Assembly (NCBI GenBank): GCA_001786955.1
Contig: MFUM01000004.1
Coordinates: forward strand, 4,457 to 68,456
Reading direction: 5' to 3'
DNA from: Candidatus Nomurabacteria bacterium RIFCSPHIGHO2_12_FULL_42_19
Lineage (GTDB): Bacteria > Patescibacteriota > Minisyncoccia > Phycocordibacterales > UBA9973
DNA: 64,000 bases
In this document: positions 16,129-25,145 of the stretch, one piece after another
How the letters are laid out: the number at the start of each line of letters is the position of its first letter
Position numbering within the stretch: the stretch's first letter is position 1
The notes under the pieces: generated by a model
Databases searched by the model: none
Told to the model about the DNA's origin: nothing
Seen by the model: only the letters and a program-made list of their open reading frames with translations
Program-made: the position numbers and the translations under genes

Positions 16129-16513
16129 ATGGAAGAATATTATGTATTTTCTTAATTATCGTACCAAAGTCATTCTCTTTTATCATACCAATTTTTCTTG
16201 AAAGCCTTCTACTATCCAAAAGTCTTATCTGTGATAAAATACCGGCATAAGTCTTTCCACTGAACTCATATTGGTGATAATAGTTATTGTTTTTCTTGGA
16301 GCTTGTTAATGGTATCGCTAAAAATATACTGTTATTGAATTTTCTAATAATAAGGATAGGTCTTTCAAATAATTCATTTTTCCCATCTTCTTCATAACCT
16401 ATATTTTTACCAAGTGAACAAAACCATATTTCTCTTTCGTGGAAAAAGACATTAGATTTCTTGGTTGATAAACTTTTTTTTAATTTATTCCAATCGTCAT
16501 ATTCTTTTTCCAT
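16127..16513 (-). CDS. PemK/MazF-family toxin-like protein, with no adjacent antitoxin ORF
   Basis: EREIWFCSLGKNIGYEEDGKNELFERPILIIRKFN...AIPLTS...IRLLDSRRL matches the MazF/PemK fold pattern. The ATG at 16513 avoids overlap with rpoC. Confidence 0.6.
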   Translation of the reverse strand: MEKEYDDWNKLKKSLSTKKSNVFFHEREIWFCSLGKNIGYEEDGKNELFERPILIIRKFNNSIFLAIPLTSSKKNNNYYHQYEFSGKTYAGILSQIRLLDSRRLSRKIGMIKENDFGTIIKKIHNILP

Positions 16514-16520
16514 ATTTTTA

Positions 16521-19500
16521 TTATTCTTTTTTAGAAACAACTTCTCTATTTTTAAATCCGGTTCCGGCCGGAATCAGTCGTCCAATAATGACATTTTCTT
16601 TAAGCCCCCGCAGAAAATCCACTCCGCCTTTAATGGCATTTTCAATCAGGACGCGATTGGTGTTTTGGAATGAAGCGGCCGAGAGCCAGCTCTTGGTGCG
16701 GAGTGATACTTCGGTAATGCCGAGCACTACTGTTTCGGCTTTTGCTTCTTTTCCGTTTAAGTCGGCGACTCTTTGATTTTCTTCTATAAAGGCCGTATTC
16801 TCAACGATATCGCCGATTGAAAAATTAGTTTCACCTGCATCTTTTATTTTTCGCCGAGAAAACATCTGACGAATAATTATTTCCGTATGCTTTCTGGATA
16901 TTGAGGCACTTTGAAGCTCATAAACTTTGTTTATTTCAGTAATGATATATTCTTCAACCAATTCTTTATTGCCCAATTTAAACATTTCGGCAATATCGGC
17001 CGATCCATCGGTCAAAAGCTGTCCTTTTTTTACCTGCTCCCCTATTTTTACGATTGGCATTCTACGGAAAGCCACAGTGTATTCCATCTCGTTTTTCTTG
17101 CCGTCAACCTTGCTGTCAGATAGAATTTTAATTATTTTCTCTTTCCCGTCTTTAGCTTTGATTTCTATTATCTCGCCATCGGTCTCGGAAATAACTGCGG
17201 GATTTTTTGGAATCCTTCTTTCAAATATTTCCTCAACACGCGGCAGACCGGTCGTGATATCGGTTCCCGCCACGCCTCCGGCATGAAAGGTGCGAAGCGT
17301 AAGCTGCGTGCCGGGCTCACCGATAGCTTGAGCCGCGATAATGCCGACAGCCTCGCCTTGTTCCACCAGATGATTGCGCCCCAAATCAAGCCCGTAACAC
17401 ATCACGCAAAGACCGTGCACCGTTTTGCACGTAAGCGGAGAACGGACGAATACTTCCGCAAAACCCGCTCCTTCAATATTGTATGCTTCTTCTTTGGTAA
17501 TCAAAAATCCTTTCTTGTAGATGACCTTGCCGTTTTTGTCTTTAAGGTCGCCTGCGAGTATGCGTCCCCGGATGTTTTTTGAAAGCGGAATTTCAATTCC
17601 GGAAATATTTTCCCTGGTAACTATTTTTCCTTCTTTCGTGCCGCAATCCTCTTCGGTAATCACAACATCCTGCGCCACATCCACCAATCTTCGAGTCAAA
17701 TACCCGGCTTTCGCGGTGTTAAGCGCCGTGTCGGAAGCGCCTTTTCTGGCGCCATGAGTGATAACGAAATATTCAATCGGGGAAAGTCCTTCTTGATAGC
17801 AAGGAATAATCGGAAATTCCAGTGTCTTGCCCTGGTTATTTTGAATAAGACCAATCATGCCTATCATTTGTACTAGAGAACTCATCGTACCGCGGGCTCC
17901 GGAAGTAACCAAGTCAAAGGTAGAGCCATTCTGGTCAAGAGTGCCTGGCAGGACTTTTTCCAAATCTCTCTTGGTATGGGTCCAGATTTCAATAATTTTC
18001 TGGTATTTTTCTTCTTCGGAAAGCAAACCTTCGCTCCATTGGGCCAATACTGCTTCTTCCAGTTTTTTACCTTGTTCTATAATCTTCGGCTTTAAGGGAG
18101 AAACCTCCACATTGTCCAATCCCCAAGTAGTGCCGGAAACTGTCGAGTATTTGAAGCCGAATTCCTTGATTTTATCCAGAATAGGAGGAGTATTGTCCAC
18201 GCCGCAGTGTATGATAAGCTCGTCCAAGAGCGAGGATAATCTTTTTTGGTTCATTTCATCGTTCACGTAGGTAAAATCGTTAGGCAAAATGCTGTTGAAA
18301 AGAAGTTTCCCCACAGAGGTCTCAAAAATTCCCCCGTCAAACTTTCTATATTTGTGCGTATCGGTCGCGAGAACTTTTATTTTGGCGCGCAGAGACACAA
18401 CTCCGTAATCATGGGCGGTAATAGCGGTATTCGGACTGGAAAAATATTTTCCTTCTCCTTTTTCCCCATCGACAGATTTGGTCATCCAATAAGCCCCTAG
18501 GACAATATCCCGGCTTGAATGTACTATCGGGTCTCCATTTTGCGGCTTGAGCAGGTTTTTATTGGCTGCCATTAATTCTCTGGCTTCCCATTGCGCTTCC
18601 TCAAGAAGCGGAACATAGACAGCCATCTGGTCTCCATCGAAGTCAGCGTTGAAAGCCTGGCAAACCAGGGGATGCACCTGAATAGCGTTGCCTTCAATTA
18701 AAATCGGATTAAAAGCCTGAATACCCAAGCGATGCAGGGTCGGCGCGCGGTTGAGCAGCACATATTTTCCCTGAATGACTTCTTCCAACATCGCCCAGAC
18801 TTCTCCGGTCCTCTCTTCTATAAGCTTGTTGGCTCCGCGGATATTGAATGCAAGTTCCGCCTGTAGAATTTTTGAAATTACGAATGGCCGGAAAAGCTCG
18901 AGCGCCATATGCTTCGGCAATCCGCATTGGTTGAGCTTGAGCTGGGGACCGACGACGATAACCGAGCGTCCCGAATAGTCTACGCGCTTTCCCAGCAAAT
19001 TCTGGCGAAAGAGGCCTTGTTTTGACTTTAGATTATCCGACAGGGATTTCAAGGGGCGTTTTTGGGACTGACTCATCGCCGCCGAATCGTTCTGCTTGGC
19101 AATCGAGTTGTCAATCAATGCGTCAACGGCTTCCTGAATGATTCTTTTTTCGTTTCGTAAAATTACATCCGGGGCATTAATTTCTTTCAATTTTTTCAAG
19201 CGATTGTTTCTATTTATCACCCGGCGATAAAGATCGTTCAAATCGGAAGTTGCGTGCCTGCCCCCGTCGAGAGCCACCATCGGGCGAAGTACCGGCGGAA
19301 TAACCGGAATAACCGTTAGAAACATCCATTCCGGCCTGATTCCCGCGTAAGTCATCGCGCGGATAAGGGAGAGCCTTTTTTGCAGTTTTTCTTTTTCAGC
19401 CGCGCTCGCTTTTTCCGCCATCTTCTCCGTGAGATGTTTTAATTTGTTTAAATCAAGATTCTTAAAAATAGAATAAATCGCCTCGGCACCGATATTGGCT

Positions 19501-20129
19501 TCAAAACAAGTACCGTATTTCAAAGAGTAATGATGGAAGGAAATTTCGTTCAATACTTTACCTTCGTAAATTTCTCCGATTTCTTTCTTGGTGATGGAAA
19601 GCAAAGTTTTCAGCTTCTCGCGGATGTCGTCATCAGCCGAATTTTTTAATTTGGTTTTATATTCCTTGTCCAGACCCGACAGAATATTTTCTTTTTCCTC
19701 TTCGTGAACCTTGGTAATGATATATCCGGCAAAATAGATTACTTTTTCAAGATCGGAAACGGAAATATTCAGGAGAATGCTCATGCGGGAAGGCACTCCG
19801 CGCAGAAACCAAATATGCGAGACCGGAGTGGAGAGCTCAATGTGTCCCATGCGCTCCCGGCGCACGATAGAGCGCGTAACTTCGACTCCGCATTTTTCGC
19901 AAATGATGTCTTTGTAGCGAATTCGGCGGTATTTTCCGCAGTAACATTCATAATCTTTTTCCGGTCCGAAGATTTTCTCATCAAAAAGGCCTCCGCGCTC
20001 GGACCGTCCGGTGCGGTAATTTATTGTTTCCGGTTTGGTAACTTCCCCAAAAGACCATTCTTTTATCTGCTCCGGAGACGCGAGCCGGAGCGCGATGCGG
20101 TCAAATTCAGTTGTGTTGAGAGTTTTCAT
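16521..20129 (-). CDS. rpoC: DNA-directed RNA polymerase subunit beta'
   Basis: NADFDGDQM catalytic motif, zinc-binding CxCGK, and [14 protein letters not shown]. Confidence 0.97.
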   Translation of the reverse strand: MKTLNTTEFDRIALRLASPEQIKEWSFGEVTKPETINYRTGRSERGGLFDEKIFGPEKDYECYCGKYRRIRYKDIICEKCGVEVTRSIVRRERMGHIELSTPVSHIWFLRGVPSRMSILLNISVSDLEKVIYFAGYIITKVHEEEKENILSGLDKEYKTKLKNSADDDIREKLKTLLSITKKEIGEIYEGKVLNEISFHHYSLKYGTCFEANIGAEAIYSIFKNLDLNKLKHLTEKMAEKASAAEKEKLQKRLSLIRAMTYAGIRPEWMFLTVIPVIPPVLRPMVALDGGRHATSDLNDLYRRVINRNNRLKKLKEINAPDVILRNEKRIIQEAVDALIDNSIAKQNDSAAMSQSQKRPLKSLSDNLKSKQGLFRQNLLGKRVDYSGRSVIVVGPQLKLNQCGLPKHMALELFRPFVISKILQAELAFNIRGANKLIEERTGEVWAMLEEVIQGKYVLLNRAPTLHRLGIQAFNPILIEGNAIQVHPLVCQAFNADFDGDQMAVYVPLLEEAQWEARELMAANKNLLKPQNGDPIVHSSRDIVLGAYWMTKSVDGEKGEGKYFSSPNTAITAHDYGVVSLRAKIKVLATDTHKYRKFDGGIFETSVGKLLFNSILPNDFTYVNDEMNQKRLSSLLDELIIHCGVDNTPPILDKIKEFGFKYSTVSGTTWGLDNVEVSPLKPKIIEQGKKLEEAVLAQWSEGLLSEEEKYQKIIEIWTHTKRDLEKVLPGTLDQNGSTFDLVTSGARGTMSSLVQMIGMIGLIQNNQGKTLEFPIIPCYQEGLSPIEYFVITHGARKGASDTALNTAKAGYLTRRLVDVAQDVVITEEDCGTKEGKIVTRENISGIEIPLSKNIRGRILAGDLKDKNGKVIYKKGFLITKEEAYNIEGAGFAEVFVRSPLTCKTVHGLCVMCYGLDLGRNHLVEQGEAVGIIAAQAIGEPGTQLTLRTFHAGGVAGTDITTGLPRVEEIFERRIPKNPAVISETDGEIIEIKAKDGKEKIIKILSDSKVDGKKNEMEYTVAFRRMPIVKIGEQVKKGQLLTDGSADIAEMFKLGNKELVEEYIITEINKVYELQSASISRKHTEIIIRQMFSRRKIKDAGETNFSIGDIVENTAFIEENQRVADLNGKEAKAETVVLGITEVSLRTKSWLSAASFQNTNRVLIENAIKGGVDFLRGLKENVIIGRLIPAGTGFKNREVVSKKE

Positions 20130-20135
20130 ATTTTT

Positions 20136-23100
20136 TTATTTATCTCCGGATTTTTTTAAATCGACATCAAGCGCAAGACCTCGCAGATAATTCAAGAGCA
20201 CATTGAAGGACGCGGGAGAATTTGGCGGCCTAATTTTTTCATTTTTGATAATGGAATCAAATGTCTGAGAACGGCCTAAGATATCGTCGGATTTGATGGT
20301 AAGCATTTCGCGCAAAGTATAAGCCGCGCCATAGCCTTCAAGCGCCCAGACTTCCATTTCTCCGAATCTCTGTCCCCCGCCCTGAGCTTTTCCGCCCAAA
20401 GGCTGCTGAGTAATAAGCGAATAAGGTCCGATGGAACGCATGTGAATCTTGTCTTCCACCATGTGGTGCAATTTGAGCATATACATATAGCCCACAGCCA
20501 CATCCTGCTGGAAAGCCTCTCCGGTACGGCCGTCAAAAAGTTTTAATTTCCCATTCTCCGGCAACCCGGCTTTAATCAATTCTTCTTTTATTTCTTCATG
20601 CCGCGCCCCCAAGAATGGCGGAACAATAGCCTGATAGCCGAGACTGTTGGCAGCCATGCCTAAGTGCATTTCCAAAATCTGCCCCAAATTCATGCGGGAA
20701 GGAACGCCGAGTGGAGTCAGGATAATATCAATCGGGGTTCCGTCTTCCGCGTAAGGCATGTCTTCTTCGGGAAGAATGGTTGAAATGACTCCTTTATTCC
20801 CGTGCCTTCCGGAAAGCTTGTCCCCGACTGAAATATTCCTGATCTGCGCGACTTCAACCACGATTTTTTTGATGATTCCGGCTTCAAGCGCATGCCCTAA
20901 ATCACGGGAGAAAATCTTTACGCCAATAATGCGCCCGCGCTTGCCATGTTCCATACGGAGCGACGTATCTTTCACGTCGCGCGCTTTCTCGGCAAAAATT
21001 GAACGAAGGAGCCGCTCTTCCGGGGTAAGCTCGGTCTCGCCTTTGGGGGTAATCTTGCCAACCAAAATATCATTTTCCCGGACTTCCGCGCCGATGCGGA
21101 CAATGCCGTCTTCGTCGAGATCTTTCAATTTTAATTCGCCGACATTCGGTATGTCGCGGGTGGTTATTTCGGGCCCGAGCTTGGTATCGCGGACCACGCA
21201 GGTAAATTCTTCAACATAAACGGAAGTGAATTTGCTATTTTTAACCAGGCGCTCGGAAACAATTATCGCGTCTTCGTAGTTGGATCCGGACCAGGACAAA
21301 AAAGCCACAAAAATATTTTGCCCGAGAGAAATCTGCCCATTTACCGTGCTGCTGGTATCTGCCAATATATCGCCTTTCTTCACTTTATCGCCTACGTTCG
21401 GGAGTGGGCGTTGATGAAAGACTGCAAAATTGTTATTTCTCAGAAAATTAATCAAGTTGTAAATTTTTTCTGTTTTTCCCTTGACGACTATTTTTTTTGC
21501 ATCTAAATAAGAAACAACCCCGTCTTCCAGGCAGATAACCAGCCGGCCTGAATCGCGCGAGGCCGATTCTTCAACGCCGGTTGCTACAAGTGGAGCCTCC
21601 GGAAGAACGCAGGGCACAGCCTGTTTCTGCATATTGGATCCCATCAGGGCACGGTTCGCGTTATTGTGTTCTAGAAATGGAATCATTGAGGTCGCGATAG
21701 AGAAAGCCTGGTTGGGGGCAACGTCGATAAAATCAATCTGGTCGCGGGAAACTCGTCCTGGTTCGGTTTTAATTCTGGCTTCCACTTTTTCCTCGGTTAT
21801 TTTCCCATTTTCGTCATAAGGAATTCCGGCGTGCGCGATGTTGTACTTTTCTTCTTCCAGCGCGTTCAAATACACAATCTCGCTGGTAATCTTCCCGTTT
21901 TTAACTTTTGCATAAGGGGTTTCAATAATTCCGAAATCATTTATTTTGGCATAGGTGGAAAGATGAAGAATAAGCCCGATGTTCGGGCCTTCCGGAGTAT
22001 GAATCGGACAGACTCTTCCGTAGTGCGAAGGATGCACATCGCGCACCTCCAGTCCGGCGCGCTCACGAGTAAGACCTCCGGGTCCCAGGGCGGAGAGAGT
22101 GCGCAAATGCTCTATTTCATAAAGTACATTTTCCTGCGCCATGAATTGCGAAAGCTGGTTAGTGGTAAAAAATTCCTTGATGCGGGCCTGTAGCGGCCGC
22201 TGGTTGATAATCTGAATCGGCATTGCCGTGTCAACGTCAATAATGGACATGCGGTCTTGAATATTCCTTTTAATCTGCATCATGCCGGTGCGCACTTTTT
22301 GCTGAAGTATTTCTCCGACAAAACGCACGCGTCTCTGGCCTAAATGATCTATGTCGTCGGCTTTTGCTCCGGGAGTATTGTTTAAAATAATGATATTAGA
22401 AATTACGGTCACTAAATCTTCCTTGGAAATAGTTCGGCGGGCGAGTTCCATTTCGTCCATCGATTTTAGAAAACGCTGATTAAATCTGAACCGTCCAACC
22501 GGGGAAAGGTCATAACGTTCCGCGGTAAACAAGGAATTGATAAATTCTTTGGCATTGTCAGCGGTTGCCATGTCGCCGTCCCGGAGACGCTTGTAGATTT
22601 CAATATATGCATCATTCAAGCTTCCTTCTTTATCTTTGGAAAGAGAATCTTTAATAGTTTTTTCCGCAACAGAATTTTTCTCAAATGCTTTTAGAATCAT
22701 TTCGTTCGTTTCATAACCCATAGTGCGCAAAAACGTTGTCGCAGGAAATTTTCTCTTTTTGTCTATTCTTATATAAATTCCCCCATCCGCTTCCGATTCT
22801 ATTTCAATCCAAACTCCGCGAGCCGGAATAATTTTTGCGCCGAAATATTTTTGACCCTTGCTTTCAGATTCGGTGAAAAAAACTCCGAAGGACCGTGCGA
22901 GTTGCGGCACGATAACGCGCTCTACTCCGTTTATAATGAAAGTCCCGTGCGAAGTCATCAAAGGAAGCTCTGACATGAAAATCTCCTGCTCTTTAACAGT
23001 ACCTAAAATTTTATTGGTCAGTCGGACCCGCGCTTTAAGCAATCCTTGATGGGAAAGCTTGTTTATTTTAGAATTATTTTCGTCGGATTTGGACTCACTA

Positions 23101-23303
23101 AGAGAAAAAGAAGTGAATTCCAGTTGAAACTTTTTTCCGGAGTAATCTGCGATTGGAGAAAATTCTTTAAAAACTTCCCCGATACCCTGTTCAATCAGCC
23201 ATTTGAAACTTTTTAACTGAGCTTCAATCAAATTCGGAAATTCCACCAAGGGTTTTTTGTATCTGGAAAAGTACTTTTTGGGACGCTTTGTTTCTACGTG
23301 CAT
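20136..23303 (-). CDS. rpoB: DNA-directed RNA polymerase subunit beta
   Basis: Conserved RpoB blocks GRHGNKGV, NLGQILE and GGQRFGEMEVWALE. The ATG at 23303 is preferred over the TTG at 23318. Confidence 0.97.
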   Translation of the reverse strand: MHVETKRPKKYFSRYKKPLVEFPNLIEAQLKSFKWLIEQGIGEVFKEFSPIADYSGKKFQLEFTSFSLSESKSDENNSKINKLSHQGLLKARVRLTNKILGTVKEQEIFMSELPLMTSHGTFIINGVERVIVPQLARSFGVFFTESESKGQKYFGAKIIPARGVWIEIESEADGGIYIRIDKKRKFPATTFLRTMGYETNEMILKAFEKNSVAEKTIKDSLSKDKEGSLNDAYIEIYKRLRDGDMATADNAKEFINSLFTAERYDLSPVGRFRFNQRFLKSMDEMELARRTISKEDLVTVISNIIILNNTPGAKADDIDHLGQRRVRFVGEILQQKVRTGMMQIKRNIQDRMSIIDVDTAMPIQIINQRPLQARIKEFFTTNQLSQFMAQENVLYEIEHLRTLSALGPGGLTRERAGLEVRDVHPSHYGRVCPIHTPEGPNIGLILHLSTYAKINDFGIIETPYAKVKNGKITSEIVYLNALEEEKYNIAHAGIPYDENGKITEEKVEARIKTEPGRVSRDQIDFIDVAPNQAFSIATSMIPFLEHNNANRALMGSNMQKQAVPCVLPEAPLVATGVEESASRDSGRLVICLEDGVVSYLDAKKIVVKGKTEKIYNLINFLRNNNFAVFHQRPLPNVGDKVKKGDILADTSSTVNGQISLGQNIFVAFLSWSGSNYEDAIIVSERLVKNSKFTSVYVEEFTCVVRDTKLGPEITTRDIPNVGELKLKDLDEDGIVRIGAEVRENDILVGKITPKGETELTPEERLLRSIFAEKARDVKDTSLRMEHGKRGRIIGVKIFSRDLGHALEAGIIKKIVVEVAQIRNISVGDKLSGRHGNKGVISTILPEEDMPYAEDGTPIDIILTPLGVPSRMNLGQILEMHLGMAANSLGYQAIVPPFLGARHEEIKEELIKAGLPENGKLKLFDGRTGEAFQQDVAVGYMYMLKLHHMVEDKIHMRSIGPYSLITQQPLGGKAQGGGQRFGEMEVWALEGYGAAYTLREMLTIKSDDILGRSQTFDSIIKNEKIRPPNSPASFNVLLNYLRGLALDVDLKKSGDK

Positions 23304-23501
23304 ATTGATTGAGTCCAAATAAAAGAAAATAAACGAAAGAAAAACATACGAGGAAATGCTTTTCTCTAGCTTCTTTAGATTTATTTAGATATGATTAAGT
23401 TAAAACCTTGTAATATATACACAGGATTGCATCCGATACTCAATCAATGAATCTCAGCCACCTTACTCCTTTTCAACTTTTTTGTCAACTAAAACTGGGG
23501 A

Positions 23502-24236
23502 TTATCTATTTTTCTTCCATTCCTCTATTTTTTTGTGGTTTCCAGAGAGTAAAACTTTCGGAACTTTGTAATTTTTATTCTTATATTTTAAAACTTCCGG
23601 GCGGGTGTAAACTTCACTACTAGAGACTCGTTCTTCTTCTAGTGATTCATATTTACCCAAAACCCTGGGAATCTGGCGAGAAATTGAGTCTATTAAAACC
23701 ATCGCCGGTAATTCGCCTCCGGTTAAGACATAATCCCCTATTGAAATATCTTCTGCCTTAAATATCTTTTTGACCCGCATATCTATGCCTTCATAACGGC
23801 CGGAAATCAAAATAATATCGGTGTATTTTTTTACGGAATTTTTTGCATATGCCGTATTAAATTTTTTACCGGATGGAGAAAAATTTATTATTTTAATTCT
23901 AGAGCGTTTAGAAAGTGTTCTTGCGAATGGTTGACGTTGCGTAGTAGGAAATCCTGAGCGAGAACACTTTCTAAGAGCGTATTCAATAGCCTTTAGCATC
24001 GGCTCGGCTCTCATCACCATTCCCGGCCCTCCGCCGTAAGGCTTATCATCTACCGGGCGATACCCATTGTCTTTAACCCTCCTCCGCTTAAAAGCTTCGG
24101 ACGGGCGAGTAAAATCCCGCGGATTGTAAAATTTCACTTCTATCAGCTTGTTCTTCAGAGCCCGTCCGACAATAGACTCATTTAGGTATGAACTGAACAT
24201 TTCTGGGAATATGGTAATAATGTGAAATTTAATCAT
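23502..24236 (-). CDS. trmD: tRNA (guanine37-N1)-methyltransferase
   Basis: ITIFPEMF, YGGGPGMVM, GRYEGID, IGDYVLTGGELPA. Confidence 0.9.
   Translation of the reverse strand: MIKFHIITIFPEMFSSYLNESIVGRALKNKLIEVKFYNPRDFTRPSEAFKRRRVKDNGYRPVDDKPYGGGPGMVMRAEPMLKAIEYALRKCSRSGFPTTQRQPFARTLSKRSRIKIINFSPSGKKFNTAYAKNSVKKYTDIILISGRYEGIDMRVKKIFKAEDISIGDYVLTGGELPAMVLIDSISRQIPRVLGKYESLEEERVSSSEVYTRPEVLKYKNKNYKVPKVLLSGNHKKIEEWKKNR
23908..23974. repeat. family E hairpin element, in frame in trmD
   Basis: 14-bp inverted repeat TTAGAAAGTGTTCT / AGAACACTTTCTAA around the core TGCGAATGGTTGACGTTGCGTAGTAGGAAATCCTGAGCG. Flanked by the direct repeat AGAGCGT. Sister copy at 38708-38769. Confidence 0.7.
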
Positions 24237-24250
24237 AAAAAATTGCTTTG

Positions 24251-24277
24251 CCCGTCCGTAGCTTTAGCGAAGGAGGG
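24251..24277. repeat. family G hairpin element, intergenic copy
   Basis: The reverse complement CCCTCCTTCGCTAAAGCTACGGACGGG is similar to CCCGCCTTCGCTAAAGCTTCGGCGG at 59673-59697. Confidence 0.5.
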
Positions 24278-24312
24278 TAATTATATGAAAACGCATTTTT
24301 ATATTATATTAC

Positions 24313-24337
24313 AAAACCCCGCTTTAGGCGGGGTTTT
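24313..24337 (-). terminator. intrinsic terminator after the KH-domain gene (bidirectional shape)
   Basis: aaaaCCCCGCtttagGCGGGGtttt. Confidence 0.7.
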
Positions 24338-24347
24338 GTTTCAAAAA

Positions 24348-24689
24348 CTAGATTCCCTTAAGGTCTTCCATTGCTTGGTCCACAGTCTTGAGCGTTGGGG
24401 CGGAACTCATTGATCCCGCGGGTCTCTCGGGTCTCATACTCCCCGCCGGTTCGTTGATTTTCAGATTCACACGGGCATTGTTCTTCATGCCAATAATGCG
24501 GAGCAAGGTGCGGATAGCCTTCGCAGTATTACCCATCCTTCCGATAATCTTGCCCATGTCGGCAGGATTTACGGTAAGACTGATGAGCACACCCATTTCA
24601 TCCACCGTGCGATCGATTTTTACATCGTTCGGATTGTCTACGAGAGCTTTTACTACATACTCTAGAAATATCTTGTCGGCTTCTTCCAT
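24348..24689 (-). CDS. KH-domain RNA-binding protein (YlqC/UPF0109-like) with a repeat-containing tail
   Basis: GKIIGRMGNTAKAIRTLL KH motif, in the rpsP-trmD operon context. The tail carries a PAGSM duplication. Confidence 0.8.
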   Translation of the reverse strand: MEEADKIFLEYVVKALVDNPNDVKIDRTVDEMGVLISLTVNPADMGKIIGRMGNTAKAIRTLLRIIGMKNNARVNLKINEPAGSMRPERPAGSMSSAPTLKTVDQAMEDLKGI

Positions 24690-24771
24690 ATGTGTTTCAG
24701 AATTTTATATTTTTAATCTAACTTTGCAGTGTTACGACCTGACATGCTGCCATACCTGTAATTATACGAAA

Positions 24772-25080
24772 TTATTTTTTCATTTTCAACTCCTTTCTCT
24801 TTAGTGTCGGCTTCTTTTTCGGCAGCACATTAACTTTTTTCCCTTCAATGACCTTGTCGTGCACCAAGAAATTATGCATCGTGTCAGAACATTTCGCGCC
24901 TTGGGAAATCCAATACTTTATCCGGTCAGCTATCAAGTTTTTCTCCCCGGCTTTTGGATTATAGGTGCCGAGTATTTCCAAAAACTTTCCACTCTTGGTG
25001 CTATTTTTTGAATCGGTCAAAACAGCCCGAAATGACGGATCATTTTTCCTGCCTATTCTCTGAAGCCTTATCTTTAACAT
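24772..25080 (-). CDS. rpsP: 30S ribosomal protein S16
   Basis: MLKIRLQRIGRKNDPSFRAVLTDS N-terminus. Confidence 0.9.
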   Translation of the reverse strand: MLKIRLQRIGRKNDPSFRAVLTDSKNSTKSGKFLEILGTYNPKAGEKNLIADRIKYWISQGAKCSDTMHNFLVHDKVIEGKKVNVLPKKKPTLKRKELKMKK

Positions 25081-25109
25081 GCAGTGAGTCTAACATAAAT
25101 TATATAAAA

Positions 25110-25138
25110 TGCAATCCGCCCCTATTTTATGCTATATT
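25110..25138 (+). promoter_or_regulatory. promoter TGCAAT-17-TGcTATATT, 7 nt before the rnr ATG (leaderless-type)
   Basis: -10 at 25133-25138, ATG at 25146. Confidence 0.45.
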
Positions 25139-25145
25139 TAAAAGA

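Noticed and set aside
23319-23501. 183-bp spacer upstream of rpoB as a ribosomal-protein-leader-type regulatory RNA
   Set aside because: No convincing conserved structure or known leader motif is visible by eye, and rplJL is not adjacent.
24390-24445. PAGSM...PAGSM tandem duplication in the KH protein tail as a mobile element
   Set aside because: It looks like a simple short tandem duplication or low-complexity tail, with no hairpin arms.
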